This document shows, piece by piece, positions 26,301-40,000 of a stretch of 64,000 nucleotides of DNA. The stretch is taken from assembly GCA_964016885.1 (NCBI GenBank), contig OZ024757.1:6758001-6822000 (forward strand), in the 5' to 3' direction. The translations under genes were made by a program, and so were the position numbers. The stretch is from Eledone cirrhosa (lineage: Eukaryota). Position 1 is the first letter of the stretch. Each line of letters starts with the position of its first letter. The notes beneath the pieces were generated by a model. The model saw nothing but the letters and a program-made list of their open reading frames with translations. It ran no database searches and was not told the origin of the DNA.

Positions 26301-29300
26301 CATGGGCAGTTTTTCTCGAAAATCACACCACACACAGCAAATCTGTGTCCGCACATGTACCAGTAATTACAGATCGATTCCGGTGAAAATTCACCGAAAA
26401 CGGGCCATTCGGCCCTGTGCGTCGATCGTGGGCCGGCCGGATGTTGACGGATCGATGTGTAATTAGAAGTATATGTGCGGACACTCATTGGCTGTGCGTG
26501 GTATGCATTTCAGCAAGATATCTCCGTAACATCAAGAGTTATGGCTGTGGAGGCACACCTAGTCAAACGTAAACAAGGTATGGAGCGTTTACGCTTCGCG
26601 ATTTTGTTTACGTTTGACTAGGTGTGCCTCCACAGCCACAACTCTTGATGTTACGGAGATATCTTGCTGAAATTCATACCACCCACAGCCAATGAGTGTC
26701 CGCATATGTACTTCTAATTACACATCGATCCGTCAACATCCGGCCGGCCCACGATCGACGCATAGGGCCGGATGGCCCGTTTTCAGTGAATTTTCACCGG
26801 AATCGATCTGTAATTACTGGTACATGTGCGGACACTCATTGGCTGTGTGTGGTGTGATTTTCGAGAAAAACTGCCCATGCTAAATGAGGAAGCTGAAGTC
26901 CGCCGGCGAATGGTGTGCTTCGAAGAAAACTAATTCGAAAATGACCGCTTGCAGGCGGAGTAACCTTTTCGATCGTGGGCCAGCCGCCCGTGTTGGGATC
27001 CATCTGTAATTACTGGTACATGTGCGGACACACATTTGCTGTGTGTGGTGTGATTTTCAAGAAAAACTGCCCATGCTAAATGAGGAAGCTGAAGTCCGCC
27101 GGCGAATGGTGTGCTTCGAAGAAAACGAATTCGAAAATGACTATTTGCCGGCGGAATCACCTTTTCGGTCCTGGTCCGGCCGGATCTTGCCGGATCGATC
27201 GGAAATTTGTGGACCATGTTCGGAAGGCCATTGTGCATGTGTGGTGAAAAAAAGTTGTGTCGAAATCTTCTCGGAAAATAACGGATCGCCGGCGGAGATT
27301 GCCATTTCGATCGTGGGCCGGCCGGATCTTGTCGGATCGATTCGGACATATGTGCATCGTGTTCGCAAGGCCATTGTCTATGTGTGGTGTGATTTTCATA
27401 AAGAAATTCCGAAAAACCCAGTTTTAAATCTGATTTCGCCAAAGAATTTTGGCTATCAGATCGGGTTGAAAGGTATGGTTTCAAGTCGATCTGAAAGTCT
27501 AAAATGGAATTCACTCGGTTAGCTAACTTTTGATATATCGGAGATATCTTTCTGAAAATCACACCACACACTCCCAATGAGTGTCTGCACATGTACCAGT
27601 AATTACAGATGGATCCCACCACGGGCGGCCGGCCCACGATCGAAAAGGTTACTCCGAAGCACACCATTCGCCGGCGGACTTCATTTAGCATGGGCAGTTT
27701 TTCTTGAAGATCACACCACACACAGCCAATGAGTGTCCGCACATGTACCAGTAATTACAGATGGATCCCACTACGGGCGGCTGGCCCACGATCGAAAAGG
27801 TTACTCCGCCTGCAAACGGTCATTTTCGAATTCGTTTTCTTCAGCTTCCTCATTTAGCATGGGCAGTTTTTCTCGAAAATCACACCACACACAGCAAATC
27901 TGTGTCCGCACATGTACCAGTAATTACAGACCGATTCCGGTGAAAATTCACCGAAAACGGGCCATTCGGTCCTGTGCGTCGATCGTGGGCCGGCCGGATG
28001 TTGACGGATCGATGTGTAATTAAAAGTACATGTGCGGACACTCATTGGCTGTGCGTGGTATGCATTTCAGCAAGATATCTCCGTAACATCAAGAGTTATG
28101 GCTGTGGAGGCACACCTAGTCAAACGTAAACAAGGTATGGAGCGTTTACGCTTCGCGATTTTGTTTACGTTTGACTAGGTGTGCCTCCACAGCCACAACT
28201 CTTGATGTTACGGAGATATCTTGCTGAAATGCATACCACGCACAGCCAATGAGTGTCCGCACATGTACCAGTAATTACACATCGATCCGTCAACATGCGG
28301 CCGGCCTACGATCGACGCATAGGGCCGGATGGCCCGTTTTCGGTGAATTTTCACCGGAATCGATCTGTAATTACTGGTACATGTGCGGACACTCATTTGC
28401 TGTGTGTGGTGTGATTTTCAAGAAAAACTGCCCATGCTAAATGAGGAAGCTGAAGTCCGCCGGCGAATGGTGTATTCGAAGAAAACGAATTCGAAAATGA
28501 CTATTTGCCGGCGGAATCACCTTTTCGGTCCTGGTCCGGCCGGATCTTGCCGGATCGATCGGAAATTTATGGACCATGTTCGGAAGGCCATTGTGCATGT
28601 GTGGTGAAAAAAAGTTGTGTCGAAATCTTCTCGGAAAATAACGGATCGCCGGCGGAGATTGCCATTTCGATCGTGGGCCGGCCGGATCTTGTCGGATCGA
28701 TTCGGACATATGTGCATCGTGTTCGCAAGGCCCTTGTCTATGTGTGGTGTGATTTTCATAAAGAAATTCCGAAAAACCCAGTTTTAAATCTGATATCGCC
28801 AAAGAATTTTGGCTATCAGATCGGGTTGAAAGGTATGGTTTCAAGTCGATCTGAAAGTCTAAAATGGAATTCACTCGGTTAGCTAACTTTTGATATATCG
28901 GAGATATCTTTCTGAAAATCACACCACACACTCCCAATGAGTGTCTGCACATGTACCAGTAATTACAGATGGATCCCACCACGGGCGGCCGGCCCACGAT
29001 CGAAAAGGTTACTCCGAAGCACACCATTCGCCGGCGGACTTCATTTAGCATGGGCAGTTTTTCTTGAAGATCACACCACACACAGCCAATGAGTGTCCGC
29101 ACATGTACCAGTAATTACAGATGGATCCCACTACGGGCGGCTGGCCCACGATCCAAAAGGTTACTCCGCCTGCAAACGGTCATTTTCGAATTCGTTTTCT
29201 TCGAAGCACACCATTCGCCGGCGGACTTCAGCTGCCTCATTTAGCATGGGCAGCTTTTCTCGAAAATCACACCACAAACAGCCAATGAGTGTCCGCACAT

Positions 29301-32300
29301 GTACCAGTAATTACAGATGGATCACACCACGGGCGGCTGGCCCACGATCGAAAAGGTTACTCCGCCTGCAAACGGTCATTTTCGAATTCGTTTTCTTCGA
29401 AGCACACCATTCGCCGGCGGACTTCAGCTTCCTCATTTAGCATGGGCAGTTTTTCTCGAAAATCACACCACACACAGCAAATCTGTGTCCGCACATGTAC
29501 CAGTAATTACAGACCGATTCCGGTGAAAATTCACCGAAAACGGGCCATTCGGTCCTGTGCGTCGATCGTGGGCCGGCCGGATGTTGACGGATCGATGTGT
29601 AATTAGAAGTACATGTGCGGACACTCATTGGCTGTGCGTGGTATGCATTTCAGCAAGATATCTCCGTAACATCAAGAGTTATGGCTGTGGAGGCACACCT
29701 AGTCAAACGTAAACAAGGTATGGAGCGTTTACGCTTCGCGATTTTGTTTACGTTTGACTAGGTGTGCCTCCACAGCCACAACTCTTGATGTTACGGAGAT
29801 ATCTTGCTGAAATTCATACCACCCACAGCCAATGAGTGTCCGCACATGTACTTCTAATTACACATCGATCCGTCAACATCCGGCCGGCCCACGATCGACG
29901 CATAGGGCCGGATGGCCCGTTTTCAGTGAATTTTCACCGGAATCGATCTGTAATTACTGGTACATGTGCGGACACTCATTGGCTGTGTGTGGTGTGATTT
30001 TCGAGAAAAACTGCCCATGCTAAATGAGGCAGCTGAAGTCCGCCGGCGAATCGTGTGCTTCGAAGAAAACTAATTCGAAAATGACCGCTTGCAGGCGGAG
30101 TAACCTTTTCGATCGTGGGCCAGCCGCCCCTGTTGGGATCCATCTGTAATTACTGGTACATGTGCGGACACACATTTGCTGTGTGTGGTGTGATTTTCAT
30201 AAAGAAATTCCGAAAAACCCAGTTTTAAATCTGATTTCGCCAAAGAATTTTGGCTATCAGATCGGGTTGAAAGGTATGGTTTCAGGTCGATCTGAAAGTC
30301 TAAAATGGAATTCACTCGGTTAGCTAACTTTTGATATATCGGAGATATCTTTCTGAAAATCACACCACACACTCCCAATGAGTGTCTGCACATGTACCAG
30401 TAATTACAGATGGATCCCACCACGGGCGGCCGGCCCACGATCGAAAAGGTTACTCCGAAGCACACCATTCGCCGGCGGACTTCATTTAGCATGGGCAGTT
30501 TTTCTTGAAGATCACACCACACACAGCCAATGAGTGTCCGCACATGTACCAGTAATTACAGATGGATCCCACTACGGGCGGCTGGCCCACGATCGAAAAG
30601 GTTACTCCGCCTGCAAACGGTCATTTTCGAATTCGTTTTCTTCGAAGCACACCATTCGCCGGCGGACTTCAGCTGCCTCATTTAGCATGGGCAGCTTTTC
30701 TCAAAAATCACACCACACACAGCCAATGAGTGTCCGCACATGTACCAGTAATTACAGATGGATCACACCACGGGCGGCTGGCCCACGATCGAAAAGGTTA
30801 CTCCGCCTGCAAACGGTCATTTTCGAATTCGTTTTCTTCGAAGCACACCATTCGCCGGCGGACTTCAGCTTCCTCATTTAGCATGGGCAGTTTTTCTCGA
30901 AAATCACACCACACACAGCAAATCTGTGTCCGCACATGTACCAGTAATTACAGATCGATTCCGGTGAAAATTCACCGAAAACGGGCCATTCGGCCCTGTG
31001 CGTCGATCGTGGGCCGGCCGGATGTTGACGGATCGATGTGTAATTAGAAGTATATGTGCGGACACTCATTGGCTGTGCGTGGTATGCATTTCAGCAAGAT
31101 ATCTCCGTAACATCAAGAGTTATGGCTGTGGAGGCACACCTAGTCAAACGTAAACAAGGTATGGAGCGTTTACGCTTCGCGATTTTGTTTACGTTTGACT
31201 AGGTGTGCCTCCACAGCCACAACTCTTGATGTTACGGAGATATCTTGCTGAAATTCATACCACCCACAGCCAATGAGTGTCCGCATATGTACTTCTAATT
31301 ACACATCGATCCGTCAACATCCGGCCGGCCCACGATCGACGCATAGGGCCGGATGGCCCGTTTTCAGTGAATTTTCACCGGAATCGATCTGTAATTACTG
31401 GTACATGTGCGGACACTCATTGGCTGTGTGTGGTGTGATTTTCGAGAAAAACTGCCCATGCTAAATGAGGAAGCTGAAGTCCGCCGGCGAATGGTGTGCT
31501 TCGAAGAAAACTAATTCGAAAATGACCGCTTGCAGGCGGAGTAACCTTTTCGATCGTGGGCCAGCCGCCCGTGTTGGGATCCATCTGTAATTACTGGTAC
31601 ATGTGCGGACACACATTTGCTGTGTGTGGTGTGATTTTCAAGAAAAACTGCCCATGCTAAATGAGGAAGCTGAAGTCCGCCGGCGAATGGTGTGCTTCGA
31701 AGAAAACGAATTCGAAAATGACTATTTGCCGGCGGAATCACCTTTTCGGTCCTGGTCCGGCCGGATCTTGCCGGATCGATCGGAAATTTGTGGACCATGT
31801 TCGGAAGGCCATTGTGCATGTGTGGTGAAAAAAAGTTGTGTCGAAATCTTCTCGGAAAATAACGGATCGCCGGCGGAGATTGCCATTTCGATCGTGGGCC
31901 GGCCGGATCTTGTCGGATCGATTCGGACATATGTGCATCGTGTTCGCAAGGCCATTGTCTATGTGTGGTGTGATTTTCATAAAGAAATTCCGAAAAACCC
32001 AGTTTTAAATCTGATTTCGCCAAAGAATTTTGGCTATCAGATCGGGTTGAAAGGTATGGTTTCAAGTCGATCTGAAAGTCTAAAATGGAATTCACTCGGT
32101 TAGCTAACTTTTGATATATCGGAGATATCTTTCTGAAAATCACACCACACACTCCCAATGAGTGTCTGCACATGTACCAGTAATTACAGATGGATCCCAC
32201 GACGGGCGGCCGGCCCACGATCGAAAAGGTTACTCCGAAGCACACCATTCGCCGGCGGACTTCATTTAGCATGGGCAGTTTTTCTTGAAGATCACACCAC

Positions 32301-34311
32301 ACACAGCCAATGAGTGTCCGCACATGTACCAGTAATTACAGATGGATCCCACTACGGGCGGCTGGCCCACGATCGAAAAGGTTACTCCGCCTGCAAACGG
32401 TCATTTTCGAATTCGTTTTCTTCAGCTTCCTCATTTAGCATGGGCAGTTTTTCTCGAAAATCACACCACACACAGCAAATCTGTGTCCGCACATGTACCA
32501 GTAATTACAGACCGATTCCGGTGAAAATTCACCGAAAACGGGCCATTCGGTCCTGTGCGTCGATCGTGGGCCGGCCGGATGTTGACGGATCGATGTGTAA
32601 TTAAAAGTACATGTGCGGACACTCATTGGCTGTGCGTGGTATGCATTTCAGCAAGATATCTCCGTAACATCAAGAGTTATGGCTGTGGAGGCACACCTAG
32701 TCAAACGTAAACAAGGTATGGAGCGTTTACGCTTCGCGATTTTGTTTACGTTTGACTAGGTGTGCCTCCACAGCCACAACTCTTGATGTTACGGAGATAT
32801 CTTGCTGAAATGCATACCACGCACAGCCAATGAGTGTCCGCACATGTACCAGTAATTACACATCGATCCGTCAACATGCGGCCGGCCTACGATCGACGCA
32901 TAGGGCCGGATGGCCCGTTTTCGGTGAATTTTCACCGGAATCGATCTGTAATTACTGGTACATGTGCGGACACTCATTTGCTGTGTGTGGTGTGATTTTC
33001 AAGAAAAACTGCCCATGCTAAATGAGGAAGCTGAAGTCCGCCGGCGAATGGTGTATTCGAAGAAAACGAATTCGAAAATGACTATTTGCCGGCGGAATCA
33101 CCTTTTCGGTCCTGGTCCGGCCGGATCTTGCCGGATCGATCGGAAATTTATGGACCATGTTCGGAAGGCCATTGTGCATGTGTGGTGAAAAAAAGTTGTG
33201 TCGAAATCTTCTCGGAAAATAACGGATCGCCGGCGGAGATTGCCATTTCGATCGTGGGCCGGCCGGATCTTGTCGGATCGATTCGGACATATGTGCATCG
33301 TGTTCGCAAGGCCCTTGTCTATGTGTGGTGTGATTTTCATAAAGAAATTCCGAAAAACCCAGTTTTAAATCTGATATCGCCAAAGAATTTTGGTTATCAG
33401 ATCGGGTTGAAAGGTATGGTTTCAAGTCGATCTGAAAGTCTAAAATGGAATTCACTCGGTTAGCTAACTTTTGATATATCGGAGATATCTTTCTGAAAAT
33501 CACACCACACACTCCCAATGAGTGTCTGCACATGTACCAGTAATTACAGATGGATCCCACCACGGGCGGCCGGCCCACGATCGAAAAGGTTACTCCGAAG
33601 CACACCATTCGCCGGCGGACTTCATTTAGCATGGGCAGTTTTTCTTGAAGATCACACCACACACAGCCAATGAGTGTCCGCACATGTACCAGTAATTACA
33701 GATGGATCCCACTACGGGCGGCTGGCCCACGATCCAAAAGGTTACTCCGCCTGCAAACGGTCATTTTCGAATTCGTTTTCTTCGAAGCACACCATTCGCC
33801 GGCGGACTTCAGCTGCCTCATTTAGCATGGGCAGCTTTTCTCGAAAATCACACCACAAACAGCCAATGAGTGTCCGCACATGTACCAGTAATTACAGATG
33901 GATCACACCACGGGCGGCTGGCCCACGATCGAAAAGGTTACTCCGCCTGCAAACGGTCATTTTCGAATTCGTTTTCTTCGAAGCACACCATTCGCCGGCG
34001 GACTTCAGCTTCCTCATTTAGCATGGGCAGTTTTTCTCGAAAATCACACCACACACAGCAAATCTGTGTCCGCACATGTACCAGTAATTACAGACCGATT
34101 CCGGTGAAAATTCACCGAAAACGGGCCATTCGGTCCTGTGCGTCGATCGTGGGCCGGCCGGATGTTGACGGATCGATGTGTAATTAGAAGTACATGTGCG
34201 GACACTCATTGGCTGTGCGTGGTATGCATTTCAGCAAGATATCTCCGTAACATCAAGAGTTATGGCTGTGGAGGCACACCTAGTCAAACGTAAACAAGGT
34301 ATGGAGCGTTT
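14334..34311. repeat. Block of shortened units forming nested higher-order repeats (about 3140, 6128 and 4581 bp)
   Basis: Spacings are 1405,1583,1557,1583,1405,1583,1557,1583,1557,1583,1441,1557,1583. A 169-bp monomer (TTTTCTTC^AGCTTCC) and a 1-bp-deleted GTGTATTCG flank alternate axes. The variant CACGATCCAAAAG occurs at ~29154 and ~33735 (+4581). Confidence 0.92.
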
Positions 34312-37099
34312 ACGCTTCGCGATTTTGTTTACGTTTGACTAGGTGTGCCTCCACAGCCACAACTCTTGATGTTACGGAGATATCTTGCTGAAATTCATAC
34401 CACCCACAGCCAATGAGTGTCCGCACATGTACTTCTAATTACACATCGATCCGTCAACATCCGGCCGGCCCACGATCGACGCATAGGGCCGGATGGCCCG
34501 TTTTCAGTGAATTTTCACTGGAATCGATCTGTAATTACTGGTACATGTGCGGACACTCATTGGCTGTGTGTGGTGTGATTTTCGAGAAAAACTGCCCATG
34601 CTAAATGAGGAAGCTGAAGTCCGCCGGCGAATGGTGTGCTTCGAAGAAAACTAATTCGAAAATGACCGCTTGCAGGCGGAGTAACCTTTTCGATCGTGGG
34701 CCAGCCGCCCGTGTTGGGATCCATCTGTAATTACTGGTACATGTGCGGACACACATTTGCTGTGTGTGGTGTGATTTTCAAGAAAAACTGCCCATGCTAA
34801 ATGAGGAAGCTGAAGTCCGCCGGCGAATGGTGTGCTTCGAAGAAAACGAATTCGAAAATGACTATTTGCCGGCGGAATCACCTTTTCGGTCCTGGTCCGG
34901 CCGGATCTTGCCGGATCGATCGGAAATTTGTGGACCATGTTCGGAAGGCCATTGTGCATGTGTGGTGATAAAAGTTGTGTCGAAATCTTCTCGGAAAATA
35001 ACGGATCGCCGGCGGAGATTGCCATTTCGATCGTGGGCCGGCCGGATCTTGTCGGATCGATTCGGACATATGTGCATCGTGTTCGCAAGGCCATTGTCTA
35101 TGTGTGGTGTGATTTTCATAAAGAAATTCCGAAAAACCCAGTTTTAAATCTGATTTCGCCAAAGAATTTTGGCTATCAGATCGGGTTGAAAGGTATGGTT
35201 TCACGTCGATCTGAAAGTCTAAAATGGAATTCACTCGGTTAGCTAACTTTTGATATATCGGAGATATCTTTCTGAAAATCACACCACACACTCCCAATGA
35301 GTGTCTGCACATGTACCAGTAATTACAGATGGATCCCACCACGGGCGGCCGGCCCACGATCGAAAAGGTTACTCCGAAGCACACCATTCGCCGGCGGACT
35401 TCATTTAGCATGGGCAATTTTTCTTGAAGATCACACCACACACAGCCAATGAGTGTCCGCACATGTACCAGTAATTACAGATGGATCCCACTACGGGCGG
35501 CTGGCCCACGATCGAAAAGGTTACTCCGCCTGCAAACGGTCATTTTCGAATTCGTTTTCTTCGAAGCACACCATTCGCCGGCGGACTTCAGCTGCCTCAT
35601 TTAGCATGGGCAGCTTTTCTCGAAAATCACACCACACACAGCCAATGAGTGTCCGCACATGTACCAGTAATTACAGATGGATCACACCACGGGCGGCTGG
35701 CCCACGATCGAAAAGGTTACTCCGCCTGCAAACGGTCATTTTCGAATTCGTTTTCTTCGAAGCACACCATTCGCCGGCGGACTTCAGCTTCCTCATTTAG
35801 CATGGGCAGTTTTTCTCGAAAATCACACCACACACAGCAGATCTGTGTCCGCACATGTACCAGTAATTACAGATCGATTCCGGTGAAAATTCACCGAAAA
35901 CGGGCCATTCGGTCCTGTGCGTCGATCGTGGGCCGGCCGGATGTTGACGGATCGATGTGTAATTAGAAGTACATGTGCGGACACTCATTGGCTGTGCGTG
36001 GTATGCATTTCAGCAAGATATCTCCGTAACATCAAGAGTTATGGCTGTGGAGGCACACCTAGTCAAACGTAAACAAGGTATGGAGCGTTTACGCTTCGCG
36101 ATTTTGTTTACGTTTGACTAGGTGTGCCTCCACAGCCACAACTCTTGATGTTACGGAGATATCTTGCTGAAATGCATACCACGCACAGCCAATGAGTGTC
36201 CGCACATGTACCAGTAATTACACATCGATCCGTCAACATGCGGCCGGCCTACGATCGACGCATAGGGCCGGATGGCCCGTTTTCGGTGAATTTTCACCGG
36301 AATCGATCTGTAATTACTGGTACATGTGCGGACACAGATCTGCTGTGTGTGGTGTGATTTTCGAGAAAAACTGCCCATGCTAAATGAGGAAGCTGAAGTC
36401 CGCCGGCGAATGGTGTGCTTCGAAGAAAACGAATTCGAAAATGACCGTTTGCAGGCGGAGTAACCTTTTCGATCGTGGGCCAGCCGCCCGTGGTGTGATC
36501 CATCTGTAATTACTGGTACATGTGCGGACACTCATTGGCTGTGTGTGGTGTGATTTTCGAGAAAAGCTGCCCATGCTAAATGAGGCAGCTGAAGTCCGCC
36601 GGCGAATGGTGTGCTTCGAAGAAAACGAATTCGAAAATGACTATTTGCCGGCGGAATCACCTTTTCGGTCCTGGTCCGGCCGGATCTTGCCGGATCGATC
36701 GGAAATTTGTGGACCATGTTCGGAAGGCCATTGTGCATGTGTCGTGAAAAAAAGATGTGTCGAAATCTTCTCGGAAAATTACGGATCGCCGGCGGAGATT
36801 GCCATTTCGATCGTGGGCCGGCCGGATCTTGTCGGATCGATTCGGACATATGTGCATCGTGTTCGCAAGGCCCTTGTCTATGTGTGGTGTGATTTTCATA
36901 AAGAAATTCCGAAAAACCCAGTTTTAAATCTGATTTCGCCAAAGAATTTTGGGTAGCAGATCGGGTTGAAAGGTATGGTTTCAAGTCGATCTGAAAGTCT
37001 AAAATGGAATTCACTCGGTTAGCTAACTTTTGATATATCGGAGATATCTTTCTGAAAATCACACCACACACTCCCAATGAGTGTCTGCACATGTACCAG

Positions 37100-40000
37100 T
37101 AATTACAGATGGATCCCACCACGGGCGGCCGGCCCACGATCGAAAAGGTTACTCCGAAGCACACCATTCGCCGGCGGACTTCATTTAGCATGGGCAGTTT
37201 TTCTTGAAGATCACACCACACACAGCCAATGAGTGTCCGCACATGTACCAGTAATTACAGATGGATCCCACCACGGGCGGCTGGCCCACGATCGAAAAGG
37301 TTACTCCGCCTGCAAACGGTCATTTTCGAATTCGTTTTCTTCGAAGCACACCATTCGCCGGCGGACTTCAGCTTGCTCATTTAGCATGGGCAGTTTTTCT
37401 TGAAAATCACACCACACACAGCAAATGTGTGTCCGCACATGTACCAGTAATTACAGATCGATTCCGGTGAAAATTCACTGAAAACGGGCCATTCGGCCCT
37501 GTGCGTCGATCGTGGGCCGGCCGGATGTTGACGGATCGATGTGTACTTAGAAGTACATGTGCGGACACTCATTGGCTGTGCGTGGTATGCATTTCAGCAA
37601 GATATCTCCGTAACATCAAGAGTTATGGCTGTGGAGGCACACCTAGTCAAACGTAAACAAGGTCTGGAGCGTTTACGCTTCGCGATTTTGTTTACGTTTG
37701 ACTAGGTGTGCCTCCACATCCACAACTCTTGATGTTACGGAGATATCTTGCTGAAATGCATACCACGCACAGCCAATGAGTGTCCGCACATGTACCAGTA
37801 ATTACACATCGATCCGTCAACATGCGGCCGGCCTACGATCGACGCATAGGGCCGGATGGCCCGTTTTCGGTGAATTTTCACCGGAATCGATCTGTAATTA
37901 CTGGTACATGTGCGGACACTCATTTGCTGTGTGTGGTGTGATTTTCAAGAAAAACTGCCCATGCTAAATGAGGAAGCTGAAGTCCGCCGGCGAATGGTGT
38001 GCTTCGAAGAAAACTAATTCGAAAATGACCGTTTGCAGGCGGAGTAACCTTTTCGATCGTGGGCCAGCCGCCCGTGGTGGGATCCATCTGTAATTACTGG
38101 TACATGTGCGGACACTCATTGGCTGTGTGTGGTGTGATTTTCGAGAAAAACTGCCCATGCTAAATGAGGAAGCTGAAGTCCGCCGGCGAATGGTGTGCTT
38201 CGAAGAAAACTAATTCGAAAATGACCGTTTGCAGGCGGAGTAACCTTTTCGATCGTGGGCCAGCCGCCCCTGGTGGGATCCATCTGGAATTACTGGTACA
38301 TGTGCGGACACACATTTGCTGTGTGTGGTGTGATTTTCAAGAAAAACTGCCCATGCTAAATGAGGAAGCTGAAGTCCGCCGGCGAATGGTGTATTCGAAG
38401 AAAACGAATTCGAAAATGACTATTTGCCGGCGGAATCACCTTTTCGGTCCTGGTCCGGCCGGATCTTGCCGGATCGATCGGAAATTTATGGACCATGTTC
38501 GGAAGGCCATTGTGCATGTGTGGTGAAAAAAAGTTGTGTCGAAATCTTCTCGGAAAATAACGGATCGCCGGCGGAGATTGCCATTTCGATCGTGGGCCGG
38601 CCGGATCTTGTCGGATCGATTCGGACATATGTGCATCGTGTTCGCAAGGCCCTTGTCTATGTGTGGTGTGATTTTCATAAAGAAATTCCGAAAAACCCAG
38701 TTTTAAATCTGATTTCGCCAAAGAATTTTGGGTATCAGATCGGGTTGAAAGGTATGGTTTCAAGTCGATCTGAAAGTCTAAAATGGAATTCACTCGGTTA
38801 GCTAACTTTTGATATATCGGAGATATCTTTCTGAAAATCACACCACACACTCCCAATGAGTGTCTGCACATGTACCAGTAATTACAGATGGATCCCACCA
38901 CGGGCGGCCGGCCCACGATCGAAAAGGTTACTCCGAAGCACACCATTCGCCGGCGGACTTCATTTAGCATGGGCAGTTTTTCTTGAAGATCACACCACAC
39001 ACAGCCAATGAGTGTCCGCACATGTACCAGTAATTACAGATGGATCCCACCACGGGCGGCTGGCCCACGATCGAAAAGGTTACTCCGCCTGCAAACGGTC
39101 ATTTTCGAATTCGTTTTCTTCGAAGCACACCATTCGCCGGCGGACTTCAGCTTGCTCATTTAGCATGGGCAGTTTTTCTTGAAAATCACACCACACACAG
39201 CAAATGTGTGTCCGCACATGTACCAGTAATTACAGATCGATTCCGGTGAAAATTCACTGAAAACGGGCCATTCGGCCCTGTGCGTCGATCGTGGGCCGGC
39301 CGGATGTTGACGGATCGATGTGTACTTAGAAGTACATGTGCGGACACTCATTGGCTGTGCGTGGTATGCATTTCAGCAAGATATCTCCGTAACATCAAGA
39401 GTTATGGCTGTGGAGGCACACCTAGTCAAACGTAAACAAGGTCTGGAGCGTTTACGCTTCGCGATTTTGTTTACGTTTGACTAGGTGTGCCTCCACATCC
39501 ACAACTCTTGATGTTACGGAGATATCTTGCTGAAATGCATACCACGCACAGCCAATGAGTGTCCGCACATGTACCAGTAATTACACATCGATCCGTCAAC
39601 ATGCGGCCGGCCTACGATCGACGCATAGGGCCGGATGGCCCGTTTTCGGTGAATTTTCACCGGAATCGATCTGTAATTACTGGTACATGTGCGGACACTC
39701 ATTTGCTGTGTGTGGTGTGATTTTCAAGAAAAACTGCCCATGCTAAATGAGGAAGCTGAAGTCCGCCGGCGAATGGTGTGCTTCGAAGAAAACTAATTCG
39801 AAAATGACCGTTTGCAGGCGGAGTAACCTTTTCGATCGTGGGCCAGCCGCCCGTGGTGGGATCCATCTGTAATTACTGGTACATGTGCGGACACTCATTG
39901 GCTGTGTGTGGTGTGATTTTCGAGAAAAACTGCCCATGCTAAATGAGGAAGCTGAAGTCCGCCGGCGAATGGTGTGCTTCGAAGAAAACTAATTCGAAAA

